DNA of 64,000 bases from Nitrosopumilaceae archaeon (GCA_965209085.1 OZ242376.1:1248001-1312000), one strand, 5' to 3'. Shown: positions 1-10,559, numbered from the stretch's first letter. The notes: generated by a model not told the origin, from the sequence alone. A program made the numbers and translations.

Positions 1-135
1 TTTGTGCGCCCCGGAGGTGGACTAGTTTCAGTTACGCATTTGAAAAAAGGGGATTCCGTTTTGGTCCATGCAAAACCTGCCACAGGACGGCATTTTGGCA
101 TGGAAGTATCCGACGAGTATATTTTAGAGAAATGA
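1..135 (+). CDS. aroB': 3-dehydroquinate synthase II, C-terminal fragment (runs off window start)
   Basis: Frame 1 reads FVRPGGGLVSVTHLKKGDSVLVHAKPATGRHFGMEVSDEYILEK*; GRHFGM..E.I.EK C-terminus; ATGA overlap with aroD. Confidence 0.85.
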   Translation, partial: FVRPGGGLVSVTHLKKGDSVLVHAKPATGRHFGMEVSDEYILEK

Positions 136-797
136 AATACAAAATGTGCGCAAGTATTGCGCAAAAAACTCCACGTTCTGCAAATACCATGCTTTGCCGG
201 GCGCTTGCAGTATGCGATTATGCAGAACTGCGCCTTGATTTTTTAAAACCAGAGGATGTTCCAAAAATGCTTGAATTCTCAAAAAAACACCTCTCAAAAA
301 CCGTGTGTACCCTGCGGCCAAAATCCGAAGGTGGTCTCTTTAATGGGAGTGAAAAAGAGCGAGTATCCATAATAAAATTAATTGCCGAATACAATCCATA
401 TCTTTTGGATGTTGAATATTCAACACTGCTAAAAAATCCAAGCCTTTCTAAATACATATCAAAAACAAAAACAAATGTGCTCTGCTCATGGCATGATTTT
501 AAAAAAACTCCAAACATTGCACAGCTGCGCTCAAAGATGGCACTTATGGCAAAATATGGCAAATATGTAAAAATTGTAACCACTGCCAAAAAATCAACTG
601 ATGCTGCCGCAATCCTATCCCTGTATTCGGGAGCATCAAAGATCAACCTTGTGGCGTTTGCAATGGGCGATTCTGGCAAAATCTCGCGTCTTTTGTGCCT
701 GTATCTTGGCAGTCCGTTCACATATGTCTCACTTGGAAAACCCGTGGCTCCGGGGCAGTTTTCAGCAAAACAGTTGTTGGAAATTTTAAAAAAATAG
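132..797 (+). CDS. aroD: type I 3-dehydroquinate dehydratase
   Basis: ELRLD, TLRPKSEGG, SWHDF, AFAMG..G..SR, APGQ motifs. Confidence 0.95.
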   Translation: MKYKMCASIAQKTPRSANTMLCRALAVCDYAELRLDFLKPEDVPKMLEFSKKHLSKTVCTLRPKSEGGLFNGSEKERVSIIKLIAEYNPYLLDVEYSTLLKNPSLSKYISKTKTNVLCSWHDFKKTPNIAQLRSKMALMAKYGKYVKIVTTAKKSTDAAAILSLYSGASKINLVAFAMGDSGKISRLLCLYLGSPFTYVSLGKPVAPGQFSAKQLLEILKK

Positions 798-818
798 CCA
801 AATGGCGCATGCGGTATG

Positions 819-2651
819 TTATGCTCTTTTAATCTGATTTTTGCCGTACAGGAATTCAAATACTGAAACCATATTTTCAAAATTATCATCGGTGGGTTCT
901 GCCTTTGCAAATTCAACTAGACTGCATGTTCCAAGTGCCTGTGATATCTGCATGAAATTTTTCATCGTGTGATCCAAATGATTCAACAGTTCCCTGTTTG
1001 TAACTTCCTTGTTTAATCCCAGCTGATAGCTCACAAGCATTCGGATTGCGCGCCCGCTGTTGGCAAACGCATCCTTGTACTCTTTTCTTTTATGATCCTC
1101 TTGTGCAATAGCCATCAGCCGTCTTGCCTCCATCCTGTAATCAAAGGGCACGCCTCCTGCAAGTCCTGATGCGCCATCCCTGCGGTATTTTCTATACAAA
1201 ATATATGCAATCAGACCGACAATGCCCCACAGGGGTATAATCCACCACAGAAAATCAAACGGGGAATCAGAGCGCTCTAAAACAACCTGCTTGAGCTCTT
1301 CCTCTTCAAAATCGCCCGTAATGGTTGCAGTCACGTTTGTTTCGGGGTTTTCATATTGAACTTTAACCTTTGTCTTTTGGGCATCTTTTGTTTCAGATGC
1401 ATCACTCTTGCCGGAATCCTCACCGGTATTTTCAGCATTCTCTCCCTGGTTTTCAGAGCTCTCTTCGGGATTCTCTGTACCATCTGGATTTTCAGCACTT
1501 TGCTGGTTTTCAGAACCTTCAGAGTTTCCTGCACCCTCTCCCTGGTTTTCAGAACCTTCAGAGTTTCCTGCACCCTCTCCCTGGTTTTCAGAACCTTCAG
1601 AGTTTCCTGCACCCTCTCCCTGGTTTTCAGATTCAGACTCTTGGCCTGCCATACCTCCTTGCTGTATGCGGTTTTGCGCATCAAATTCCGTACCTGTTTC
1701 TACAAATCCATCCTCAAGTAACTGCTGATCTAACTCTTGAAAGGATTCACTAGATCGGAGATTTTCATTCATGGCCTCTTGTGATACCTGGGTCTGTTTT
1801 GTGAGCTCTTCAAGATTTCCATCCTCCATCGCACCTTGCACACTTGCCCACTGACCCTGCGGATTTTGATAGTCCAAGGTAAAATTTCCAGTATCATTTG
1901 ATTGGGTATTAAAAACAGAATCTTTCAGGTCGTATCCTTCTTCTTGCAGCTCTTTGCTTAATTTTTCAAAATTTTCATTTTTGAGCAAATCTTCTTTAAA
2001 CTGCTTTTCTGCCTCCTGAGCCGCTTTAACATCATCCTGGAATTTTTGCCGCAATGCTTCCCCATCTTGTGGAATTTGGTTGTTTTGCAGTTTTGATGAT
2101 ATCTCTTTGGAGAGAGGATCCCTTGATTGTGAGTTTTGCTGCTGACCCTGCTGCGAGTTTTGCTCATCTCTCCCCTGATTTGCACCCTGTTGCTGCTGTG
2201 AGTTTTGTTGTGATGAGCTTTGGGAGGGATTATTTTGGTTGTTTTTCTGCGAATTATCTTCAACTATATGCACGGTAAAATCATGCTCTAGGGTGTACTC
2301 TTCCATATCAGAATATGTTATTTTTAGCGTGGTTTGCAGCGTTGTGGTGCTCGGATATCTGCCAAACTGTATCAGCAGCTGCTGAATTCCAGGATTAATT
2401 TGCACAGGCGAATTGCCGACGTTTGTATTTGTTGTCTGTATGTTCGGCTGCCGTACCGTAACGACTGTTGTATATGCGATATCACCTGAAAGTGTATTGG
2501 TAAAAGTGCTGTTTAGTGTTGTAGCTACTGCCGCATCTTCCCCTATGAGAAAATAATAGTCTGTTTGATCCGTACTCATTGTAACGTTTTCGCCAAATGC
2601 CTGCTGCGATGCAAACACTAGAAAAATCCCAAGCAGGATGAATTTTATCAT
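819..2651 (-). CDS. secreted/membrane-anchored protein of the MoxR-vWA operon, with low-complexity linkers and a DUF4129-like C-terminus
   Basis: N-terminal signal peptide, Q/N- and E/S/G-rich linkers, one TM (FLWWIIPLWGIVGLIAYILY), C-terminal TNRELL...VEFA; overlaps the vWA gene stop. Confidence 0.75.
   Translation of the reverse strand: MIKFILLGIFLVFASQQAFGENVTMSTDQTDYYFLIGEDAAVATTLNSTFTNTLSGDIAYTTVVTVRQPNIQTTNTNVGNSPVQINPGIQQLLIQFGRYPSTTTLQTTLKITYSDMEEYTLEHDFTVHIVEDNSQKNNQNNPSQSSSQQNSQQQQGANQGRDEQNSQQGQQQNSQSRDPLSKEISSKLQNNQIPQDGEALRQKFQDDVKAAQEAEKQFKEDLLKNENFEKLSKELQEEGYDLKDSVFNTQSNDTGNFTLDYQNPQGQWASVQGAMEDGNLEELTKQTQVSQEAMNENLRSSESFQELDQQLLEDGFVETGTEFDAQNRIQQGGMAGQESESENQGEGAGNSEGSENQGEGAGNSEGSENQGEGAGNSEGSENQQSAENPDGTENPEESSENQGENAENTGEDSGKSDASETKDAQKTKVKVQYENPETNVTATITGDFEEEELKQVVLERSDSPFDFLWWIIPLWGIVGLIAYILYRKYRRDGASGLAGGVPFDYRMEARRLMAIAQEDHKRKEYKDAFANSGRAIRMLVSYQLGLNKEVTNRELLNHLDHTMKNFMQISQALGTCSLVEFAKAEPTDDNFENMVSVFEFLYGKNQIKRA
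1503..1631. repeat. 39-bp tandem repeat x3.3 (encodes SENQGEGAGNSEG)
   Basis: ctggttttcag recurs at 1503, 1542, 1581, 1620 with identical units. Confidence 0.95.
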
Positions 2652-3598
2652 TGAATGATCTTACCTTTGCCGTACCGCAGGTAGATTTGAACCAAAAGTA
2701 GCGCCAATCCAATGGCGAAGAACCATTCTTTAATGTAAACCTCTTCTTTTTCACGCTCAATATCCTGCCCTATGGTCTCGTATATTTCGTTGAGCGTATC
2801 CTTGTCGATTGATTTGAAATACGTACCTCCAGTCTGTTTTGCTATCGCCTTTAGCGTATTCTCGTCCAATTCTGCGTACGCGGGCCGGCCATATGCGTCA
2901 TGGCCTATCATTGTCGGAGTTTCAGAACCCAATCCTATGGTGTATACTTGGATCACGTTTGCCTTTGCAAATTCTATGGCCTCATTTGGGGATATTACTC
3001 CGGCATTGTTTACCCCGTCGCTAAGCAAAATAACAATTTTTTTCTTGTTGGGTATGGATGTGGCCATGTCCACCCCCAAGCCTAGTCCGTCGCCAAGCGC
3101 AGTCTGCCCCGTTTTAGAGGATATTGCAAAGAGACTCTCCCTGACTCTTTCTTTGAACGGGCTAAGGTATGCTGCAGTTGTAGCCCCGTTTTCAAATATT
3201 ACAATTCCTGCATGATCCTTTTCCTGTAGAGAATCAAGCAGTACTGCAACTGAGCTTTTTGCAGCCTCGAGCCGGTTTGGCGTGTAATCAGTTGCTAGCA
3301 TGCTGCCAGAATTGTCAATGACAAACACCACGTTGACGCCCTCTTTGCTCTGCTCCAATGGTATGTGCGGATCGGCAAATCCGATTATCATGAGTGCGAT
3401 TACGGCAAGTGATATCATAAAGAGCCACATATCGCGCCGGGATTTTTTCCGGTTTCCTGCTGCGGATTTTACAAACATTAGGTTGCTGAATTTGATGGCA
3501 GCTTTTTTCCTTTTTTTGATCATTTGGCTGTAAATCATGTACAGTACCGGAAGAACCAAAAGTCCAAGCAAAATAATTATAGAATCAAAACCGGCCAT
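2648..3598 (-). CDS. BatA-like von Willebrand factor A domain membrane protein
   Basis: MIDAS DNSGSM, TALGDG, LLSDGVNN, N- and C-terminal TM segments. Confidence 0.9.
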   Translation of the reverse strand: MAGFDSIIILLGLLVLPVLYMIYSQMIKKRKKAAIKFSNLMFVKSAAGNRKKSRRDMWLFMISLAVIALMIIGFADPHIPLEQSKEGVNVVFVIDNSGSMLATDYTPNRLEAAKSSVAVLLDSLQEKDHAGIVIFENGATTAAYLSPFKERVRESLFAISSKTGQTALGDGLGLGVDMATSIPNKKKIVILLSDGVNNAGVISPNEAIEFAKANVIQVYTIGLGSETPTMIGHDAYGRPAYAELDENTLKAIAKQTGGTYFKSIDKDTLNEIYETIGQDIEREKEEVYIKEWFFAIGLALLLVQIYLRYGKGKIIQ

Positions 3599-3601
3599 AA
3601 A

Positions 3602-4489
3602 TTACACCGTTCTATACCTGAATAATTTTCGCAGCGGAATTTCATACGGCTTGTCTGATAAAACTTTGGCAAATCCCACACCTAACTTTCCAAATTTTTT
3701 GACCAGATCCGCCTCGTGTTTTTCAGTTATTTTGCAGTATTCTTTGCGAAATTCCTCATCAGATGTGTCAACTAGCATCTGCTCGCCAGTCTCCTCATCT
3801 TCCAGCTCGATTAGACCCACGTCCGGAATGGCCTGTTCTCGCTCATCAACTATCATTATGGATACAATATCGTGCTTTTTGGACAAAACCCGGAGCTCTT
3901 TTGCATAATTGCTAGAATCAAAAAAATCCGAGATTATAATCAGCATTGAGGGTTTTTTCAGTATTTTTGAAATCTTGTGCAGGCAGACGGCAATGTTTGT
4001 ATTTTTGGATTTTGGTACATACGAGTTTACCGCGTACAGTATTTGTAGCAGGTGTTTTTTGCCCCCTTTGGCAGGAATGAATTTCTCAACTGTATCTGTA
4101 AACAAAAAAGCGCCCACCGTATCATTGTTCCGTATTGCATTAAACGCAAGGGATGCGGCAACCTCTAGTGCCTTGTATTTTTTTGAGACATTATTCCCAA
4201 AACTTCCCGAACCGGACATGTCAAGCATCAGGTATACTTGGAGATTTCTCTCTTCGATAAACTCTTTGATGTGAGGTACGTTCAGTCTAGCGGTAACTTT
4301 CCAGTCAATTGCCCGAACATCATCCCCTATGCGGTATTCGCGAATTTCTGAAAATTCCAGTCCCTGTCCTTTGAATACAGAATAATAGTTTCCGGATAAT
4401 GTCCCGTACGCTTTGTTTTTTGTGGAAAGATCTATGCGTTTTATCTGCTTTAGGACATCCTTTACACTGTTTTGGCCCATTATATCCAC
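3602..4489 (-). CDS. DUF58 domain protein
   Basis: GQGLEFSEIREYRIGDDVRAIDWKVTAR, ISDF motifs. Confidence 0.92.
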   Translation of the reverse strand: MDIMGQNSVKDVLKQIKRIDLSTKNKAYGTLSGNYYSVFKGQGLEFSEIREYRIGDDVRAIDWKVTARLNVPHIKEFIEERNLQVYLMLDMSGSGSFGNNVSKKYKALEVAASLAFNAIRNNDTVGAFLFTDTVEKFIPAKGGKKHLLQILYAVNSYVPKSKNTNIAVCLHKISKILKKPSMLIIISDFFDSSNYAKELRVLSKKHDIVSIMIVDEREQAIPDVGLIELEDEETGEQMLVDTSDEEFRKEYCKITEKHEADLVKKFGKLGVGFAKVLSDKPYEIPLRKLFRYRTV

Positions 4490-5482
4490 CTAAGGAATTT
4501 TAACTGCCTTGAGAATTTTTGCAATTATATTATCAGAGGTAATGTTTTCAGCCTGTGCCTCGTATGTTAGAATTATCCGGTGCCGTAAAACCTCGTATAT
4601 GACAGCCTGTACATCTTCAGGTATTACGTATCCCCTGCCGTTTTGCATTGCATGCGCCTTTGATCCCAAAGCTAGCCACAGCGAGGCTCTAGGGGATGCC
4701 CCATATTCTATCTGGCCTTTAATGTCTAGTCCGTATTCTTTTGGATGACGGCTTGCATCAACAATTTCAGCAATGTAATTTTTGATCTTAGATTCTGCAT
4801 GCACCGTATGGACAAATGCCTGCACTTCCATCAGATGAGCTGATGAGATTACGATTGTAGTCTTTGGAATGTTCCCTTCTGTAAACCGGCGGATGATTTC
4901 AACTTCCTGCTCTTTTTTTGGATGCGTAATGATCAAATTAAACATAAAGCGGTCCACTTGGGCTTCTGGCAGGTTGTATGTTCCCTCCATTTCCACGGGG
5001 TTTTGCGTGGCCATGACAAAAAATGGAAGATCGATTTTGTGCGTCTCCCCCTGGATGCTGACCTGCTGCTCTTGCATTGCCTCTAGCAGTGCGGACTGGA
5101 CCTTTGGCGGAGCCCTGTTGATTTCATCCACTAGGACAAAATTTGAAAATATCGGCCCCCTGACGGTTTTAAACGAGGTTGTGTTGTGATCGTAAATTTT
5201 TGTTCCGATAATATCTGCAGGTAATAGATCCGGTGTAAACTGGAGCCGTACAAATTCCAAATCTATACAGTCAGCTAGTGTCTTTATGAGCAGCGTTTTT
5301 GCAAGGCCGGGCACCCCTTTTAGCAAAACATGCCCCTGGGTGGCAAGTGCCAAAATTAGATTCTCAATGATATCATCCTGGCCTACAATGACCTTGCTCA
5401 TTTCAGCATGAATGTTTTTGAGCATTTTTGAATATTCCTGGGCTTTTTTATTCAGTTTTTCAATTTCCGGACTGTGATTCAT
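4490..5482 (-). CDS. moxR: MoxR family AAA+ ATPase
   Basis: GVPGLAKT Walker A, RLQFTPDLLPADIIG, DEINRAPPKVQSALLEAM, ATQNP. Confidence 0.95.
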   Translation of the reverse strand: MNHSPEIEKLNKKAQEYSKMLKNIHAEMSKVIVGQDDIIENLILALATQGHVLLKGVPGLAKTLLIKTLADCIDLEFVRLQFTPDLLPADIIGTKIYDHNTTSFKTVRGPIFSNFVLVDEINRAPPKVQSALLEAMQEQQVSIQGETHKIDLPFFVMATQNPVEMEGTYNLPEAQVDRFMFNLIITHPKKEQEVEIIRRFTEGNIPKTTIVISSAHLMEVQAFVHTVHAESKIKNYIAEIVDASRHPKEYGLDIKGQIEYGASPRASLWLALGSKAHAMQNGRGYVIPEDVQAVIYEVLRHRIILTYEAQAENITSDNIIAKILKAVKIP

Positions 5483-5672
5483 ATCAACGCGTCCATATAT
5501 TCGCTTTAAAAATTAATTGCCTGATGGGGCGTATTTTATCATCTTTTGGATACAAACGGATATTGGACGCATATTTGCTGCAGATTTATTCGATTCTGCA
5601 GTATGTGAGGGGCACAAATGCGGCAAAATCCTTGATCGTTTAAATCGCCATTATGTGTATTATACAGCATAC

Positions 5673-6476
5673 ATGGCTGGAACGTATGCAGTTATTGGCG
5701 ATCCGATTGAGCACTCCATGTCTCCCCTTGTACACAATGCAGCATTCAAGGAGCTTGGGATGGATTCATCATATATGGCATACCGCATAGAAAAAGGCGA
5801 TCTCGAAGATGGCATTGAATCGCTGAAAAGCGCCCGCATTGCCGGATTCAACGTTACGATACCGCATAAAGTGGACGTTTTAAAATATCTGGACACGTAC
5901 GATGATGACTGTAAGTTGATTGGAGCTGCAAACACTGTGGAAATTTCCAATGGAAAACTTGCAGGGTATAATACTGATGTGGAAGGATTTTTGGATCCGC
6001 TGCGTGAGCGCGAGATAGAACTTTACGGATTGAACGTGCTTTTGCTTGGCGCAGGCGGCGCTGCAAGGGCCATAGTTGCAGCCCTTGCAAAACAAAAATG
6101 CTCCATTACAATTGCAAACCGTACAGTAAAATCAGCATATGCGCTTGAAGAATTGGGCAATGTTTGCGTAAAATCCATAAATGATGCAGCAGATCTTGCA
6201 AAGAGTGCATCTTTAATTGTAAATGCAACCTCGCTTGGTTTAAAGGGAGAAAACAGTCCGATACCTGCAGAATCCATGAATGCGGATCAGATCATATACG
6301 ATATTGTTTACAGACCGATGAAAACTGAACTGTTACGCGAGGCATCAAAGGCTGGAGCCATTGTAGTTTATGGATATGAGATGCTGCTTGGACAGGCGTG
6401 CAGATCTTTTAAAATATGGCATAAAAGGGATGCGCCAAAAAACATTATGAAACGGGCAATACTTGGAGGGTTTTAA
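5673..6476 (+). CDS. aroE: shikimate dehydrogenase
   Basis: GDPIEHSMSP, NVTIPHK, NTD, GAGGAARA; start moved to ATG 5673 where homology begins. Confidence 0.93.
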   Translation: MAGTYAVIGDPIEHSMSPLVHNAAFKELGMDSSYMAYRIEKGDLEDGIESLKSARIAGFNVTIPHKVDVLKYLDTYDDDCKLIGAANTVEISNGKLAGYNTDVEGFLDPLREREIELYGLNVLLLGAGGAARAIVAALAKQKCSITIANRTVKSAYALEELGNVCVKSINDAADLAKSASLIVNATSLGLKGENSPIPAESMNADQIIYDIVYRPMKTELLREASKAGAIVVYGYEMLLGQACRSFKIWHKRDAPKNIMKRAILGGF

Positions 6477-7334
6477 ATGTCAGATGCGGCACTCGCTAGA
6501 GTCAACGGTGCAATCTCTTTGGTAAACGCCATTGCTGCCAAAAAAGGCGCAACTTTGGGAATAGCGCTGGTAACTGAGGCGATTGTGAAAAAATCAGAGG
6601 GTTTAGGGATTATTGTAAATGCGCCAAAAAACTCGCCTGGCAGAAAACTTGTTGCCATGACAGTTGAAAAATCCATTACCCGGTTGCAGTTAAAATCCCA
6701 TAAAATCACAGTATCATTAAAGACGCAGATACCTTCCGGATACGGCCTGAAAAGCTCTAGTGCAATATCCACAGCTGTTGCGCTTGCATGTGCAAAATTA
6801 TTTTCAAAAAAAATAAATGATAAAAAGGTAATACGCGCCGGCGTTGATGCATCCATCAAAGCTGGTGTGAGCATAACTGGCGCATACGATGATGCGTGCG
6901 CGTGTTATTACGGCGGATTTTGCGTAACAGACAACCGTGCAAAGAAACTGGTTGCTGCAAAAAAATCGCCGCGCAACACGTATGCTGTAATATACATACC
7001 CTACAAACGGGCGCGCGGCAATCCAAAACATCTGCGCACCATGTCCAAAACATTCAGACGCGCCTGGAATATGGCACTCTCCGGTGACTATTGGAACGCT
7101 ATGATCTTAAACGGCGTTGCATCATCAGCTGTGCTCAATACGGATCCAAGCCTTGTTGGAAAGATGATATATGCCGGAGCCCTTGGAGTTTCAGTATCCG
7201 GAAACGGTCCAGCAGTTGCAGCAGTTGTCAAAAAAGAAAATATTCTAAAAGTGAAAAGACAGTTTCCAAAATCACAGGGCCGCATAATCACAGCTTCTTT
7301 AAACTGCAAAAAGGCGAGCGTTCATGATCTGTAA
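6477..7334 (+). CDS. aroK: archaeal shikimate kinase (GHMP family)
   Basis: IPSGYGLKSSSA, TGAYDDA, VSGNGP. Confidence 0.93.
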   Translation: MSDAALARVNGAISLVNAIAAKKGATLGIALVTEAIVKKSEGLGIIVNAPKNSPGRKLVAMTVEKSITRLQLKSHKITVSLKTQIPSGYGLKSSSAISTAVALACAKLFSKKINDKKVIRAGVDASIKAGVSITGAYDDACACYYGGFCVTDNRAKKLVAAKKSPRNTYAVIYIPYKRARGNPKHLRTMSKTFRRAWNMALSGDYWNAMILNGVASSAVLNTDPSLVGKMIYAGALGVSVSGNGPAVAAVVKKENILKVKRQFPKSQGRIITASLNCKKASVHDL

Positions 7335-8592
7335 TGTTAAAAGATCAAATCTTGCAGGAGTCATAAAATGCCCTCCAAGTAAAAGCTACACCCACAGGGC
7401 GGTATTTCTTGCATCCTTGGCAGATGGTACAAGTACCATATACAATCCGCTGTTCTCAAATGATACGCGTGCAAGCATGTCAGCGTGCGAAAAATTTGGA
7501 GCGCTAATTGAAAACAAGGATGGGAAATTGCAGATAACCGGCACGCAGGAGGTAAAGGCTGCAAAAATTGATGCGGCAAATTCGGGCACGACCATGAGGA
7601 TATCGGCAGCTGTTGCATCCTTGGCAAAAGGCACAAGCGTGTTAACCGGGGATGAGAGCCTCTCAAAGCGCCCGATGGGATCCCTTTTGAAAGCTTTGTA
7701 CCTTTTGGGCGCGCAAATTGATTCAAACGATGGCATGCCGCCAGTTACAATAGGCGGAACCATCAAAGGCGGCAGAGTTGAAATTCCAGGAAACATTTCA
7801 AGCCAGTACGTCTCAGCCCTTCTCATAGCGGGGGGCGCCACCAGGGATGGAATTATGGTGGATGTTGAAGGTCCGCTTGTTTCAAAAGATTATCTTGGGT
7901 ATACTATAGAGAGTATGAAACGGTTTGGCGCCAAAGTAGAGGTGAGCGAATCAGTATACTCGTGCATTGCTCAAAAATACAGTGCCGCAGAGTTTACAGT
8001 TCCGCACGATATGTCCATACTTGCGCTTCTTGTTGCAGCCAAAGCCCTTGCAGGCTCCAACATGAAAATAGATACGGGTGTGAAATCAGATAATGGGCCA
8101 TTTGAGAGCTCGCACGTTGCAGAAATCTGCTCAATGATGGGAGTCAATATTCACTTTGAAGAAAACATGTGCAATGTGGAATGCTCAGAGGGAGCCAAAG
8201 TAAAAACTGTAAATTTGACAGATCAGCCAGACTTGCTTCCTGCAATTGCAATACTGGCACTAAAAAATGAAGAAAAGACAGTCATAAACGGCATTGGGCA
8301 TACAAAATACAAGGAAACTGACAGGATTGCAGTGATTAGTGAAGAGCTTGCAAAGACTGGAGCTGTGATAAACAGCACAAATGATAGCATGAGTATAGAG
8401 TGTGCAGGCAAATTAAAACCAGCAGAATTTGATTCAAGAGGGGATCACCGGCTGTTCATGGCGTTTTGCATAGCCGGCATGTACATTGGAGATTGCACAG
8501 TAACTGATCCTGAATCAGTGGCAGTATCGTATCCGAATTTTATCCAGGATATGCAGGCAGTTGGCGGGAAAATATCTACGTATAAAATCTAG
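7324..8592 (+). CDS. aroA: 3-phosphoshikimate 1-carboxyvinyltransferase
   Basis: PSKSYTHRA, NSGTTMR, SSQYVSALL, KETDR, DHR. Confidence 0.95.
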   Translation: MICNVKRSNLAGVIKCPPSKSYTHRAVFLASLADGTSTIYNPLFSNDTRASMSACEKFGALIENKDGKLQITGTQEVKAAKIDAANSGTTMRISAAVASLAKGTSVLTGDESLSKRPMGSLLKALYLLGAQIDSNDGMPPVTIGGTIKGGRVEIPGNISSQYVSALLIAGGATRDGIMVDVEGPLVSKDYLGYTIESMKRFGAKVEVSESVYSCIAQKYSAAEFTVPHDMSILALLVAAKALAGSNMKIDTGVKSDNGPFESSHVAEICSMMGVNIHFEENMCNVECSEGAKVKTVNLTDQPDLLPAIAILALKNEEKTVINGIGHTKYKETDRIAVISEELAKTGAVINSTNDSMSIECAGKLKPAEFDSRGDHRLFMAFCIAGMYIGDCTVTDPESVAVSYPNFIQDMQAVGGKISTYKI

Positions 8593-9341
8593 TTTTCAAT
8601 GCGCGGGGCAAGATAATATGAGACTTTGGTCATGGACGGCATTTCAAATAATAGTTTTATCGGCGTCTGTGAGCCGTACTCTATTCCGACATTGTTGCAT
8701 GATTTTCCAATTGTCCGTACAAGCTGCGTCAGGTATTCTATATTGTATACGGAACTGGCATTCTCTTTGACTTCCAAGGATGATAAATCCTCCTTTAGCA
8801 CGTTGATTTTCGCATCTCCAATGTCGCCTTTGCCTGAAAACTGGATTCGTTTTGTGTTTGAATCAATGGTTACATGCTCTGAGACTTTTTCAATGTTTGA
8901 CATTACGCGGGAGAGCGCTTCGGGGGATATTTTTATTTTTGATGCAGCCTCTATCTTTGGTACCGGAGTATTTACCTCGCGGCCCTCGAGCAGTTTGAGA
9001 TTGTATTTCATGTCAAGTGAGCCTGAAAATGTAATGCGGAGTTTGTCCTTGCCCTCTATGGCAAGAGTCACCTTGTCGTTTGGCGATGCAGCAGCTAGGA
9101 CGTTTTTAAAATCCTCAATTTTTATGCCAAACATCGAGGTATCAGCCTTTAGTGATTCAAAGGAGCGTTTTGGAAAGGATACATCAAGCAGTGCCACATG
9201 GGCAGCGTCCATGCCGCGGAACGTTATCCCATCCTCGCTGCATATGAACATTGCATCCTCTACGATGTTTCCGATCGCTGTAAGAACCGATTTCCATTCC
9301 CCCAGGTTTGCTATTACAGCCTCAAACACAGACATACACAT
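8589..9341 (-). CDS. pcn: PCNA DNA sliding clamp
   Basis: GMDAAHVALL, C-terminal YYLAPRIE; ~250 aa. Confidence 0.95.
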   Translation of the reverse strand: MCMSVFEAVIANLGEWKSVLTAIGNIVEDAMFICSEDGITFRGMDAAHVALLDVSFPKRSFESLKADTSMFGIKIEDFKNVLAAASPNDKVTLAIEGKDKLRITFSGSLDMKYNLKLLEGREVNTPVPKIEAASKIKISPEALSRVMSNIEKVSEHVTIDSNTKRIQFSGKGDIGDAKINVLKEDLSSLEVKENASSVYNIEYLTQLVRTIGKSCNNVGIEYGSQTPIKLLFEMPSMTKVSYYLAPRIEN

Positions 9342-9410
9342 TTTGATATGGCGTATTAACCTTTTTTGTACAACTTTGATCGCATAAAATGCACAAACGT
9401 ACGCAATTAT

Positions 9411-9424
9411 CCAAAAGTTATATG
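9411..9424 (+). promoter_or_regulatory. putative BRE/TATA promoter of aroC (leaderless)
   Basis: ccaaaagttatatg 24-36 nt upstream of ATG 9447. Confidence 0.5.
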
Positions 9425-9446
9425 CAATACATTTGCATAAAATACA

Positions 9447-10559
9447 ATGTCAAGCTCCATAGGTAAAAGGCTGGTATTGACCAGCTTTGGAGAAAGTCAC
9501 GGAAAATGCATAGGGACGGTTCTTGACGGATGCCCTGCAGGATTAAAGCTAAACGAGGGGGACTTGCAGCCCATGCTCAACTGGCGCAAACCGGGGCAGT
9601 CATCGATTACCACACAGAGAAAAGAGGGTGATATTGCAGAGATTGTTTCCGGCACTTTTAGAGGAAAAACGACCGGTGCACCCATTGCCATATTGATATG
9701 GAACAAGGATCAGGATTCGCGCACGTATGAAAACCTCGAGGAGGTTCTGCGGCCTGGCCATTCAGATTATCCGGCAATGGTAAAATATTCCAAATACAAC
9801 GATTACCGCGGAGGCGGCAGATTTTCCGGCAGACTGACTGCCACTCACGTGATGGGGGGCGCAATTGCGCGCAAACTTTTAGAGCAGACTCTGAAAATTA
9901 AAACAAATTCGTATGTGATTCAAATCGGTAAAAATAAAATGCCAGAATCAAATACAGTCCCATCTCAGCAAAAGATCTATTCAACTGATACGCGGTGTCC
10001 GCATGCTGCATCTTCGGCAAAAATGAAAAATGCAATATTGGATGCCAAAAAAAACGGCGACTCGCTTGGCGGTGTGATAAAATCCATCACATATGGTGTT
10101 CCCGTCGGAGTGGGCGAGCCCGTATTTGATTCGATAGAATCAGATTTGGCAAAGGCGATATACTCTATACCATCCGTAAAGGGGGTTGAATTTGGATCAG
10201 GATTTGCAGGGTCTGCTACAAAAGGCTCAGAGAACAATGACATTTACAAAATAGATTCAAGGAAAAAAATCACCACGCATACAAATAATTCCGGCGGCAT
10301 ACTTGGAGGACTCTCCGTTGGGATGCCGATTGTCATGAACGTTGCATTCAAACCGGCATCCTCGATATCAATTCGGCAAAAAAGTGTAAACATTAAAACA
10401 AAAAAATCTGCAAATCTGCAGGTAAAGGGAAGACACGACCCGTGCGTCGTACCCCGCGCACCTCCCGTAGTGGATGCGCTAGTCTCCCTGACCATCGCGG
10501 ATCTTGCAATACAGGGCGGTTTTATACCGCAGGTGATCACATCTCATGGCAGAGATTGA
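9447..10559 (+). CDS. aroC: chorismate synthase
   Basis: FGESHG, RPGHSD, RGGGRFSGR, GRHDPC. Confidence 0.96.
   Translation: MSSSIGKRLVLTSFGESHGKCIGTVLDGCPAGLKLNEGDLQPMLNWRKPGQSSITTQRKEGDIAEIVSGTFRGKTTGAPIAILIWNKDQDSRTYENLEEVLRPGHSDYPAMVKYSKYNDYRGGGRFSGRLTATHVMGGAIARKLLEQTLKIKTNSYVIQIGKNKMPESNTVPSQQKIYSTDTRCPHAASSAKMKNAILDAKKNGDSLGGVIKSITYGVPVGVGEPVFDSIESDLAKAIYSIPSVKGVEFGSGFAGSATKGSENNDIYKIDSRKKITTHTNNSGGILGGLSVGMPIVMNVAFKPASSISIRQKSVNIKTKKSANLQVKGRHDPCVVPRAPPVVDALVSLTIADLAIQGGFIPQVITSHGRD

Noticed and set aside
1503-1631. Possible CRISPR array (also 20838-20939)
   Set aside because: Head-to-tail in-frame coding repeats with no unique spacers and no cas genes
8626-9387. Long antisense ORFs opposite PCNA, aroD, apgM, pus10, purB etc.
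   Set aside because: Shadow frames of well-supported genes with no protein motifs
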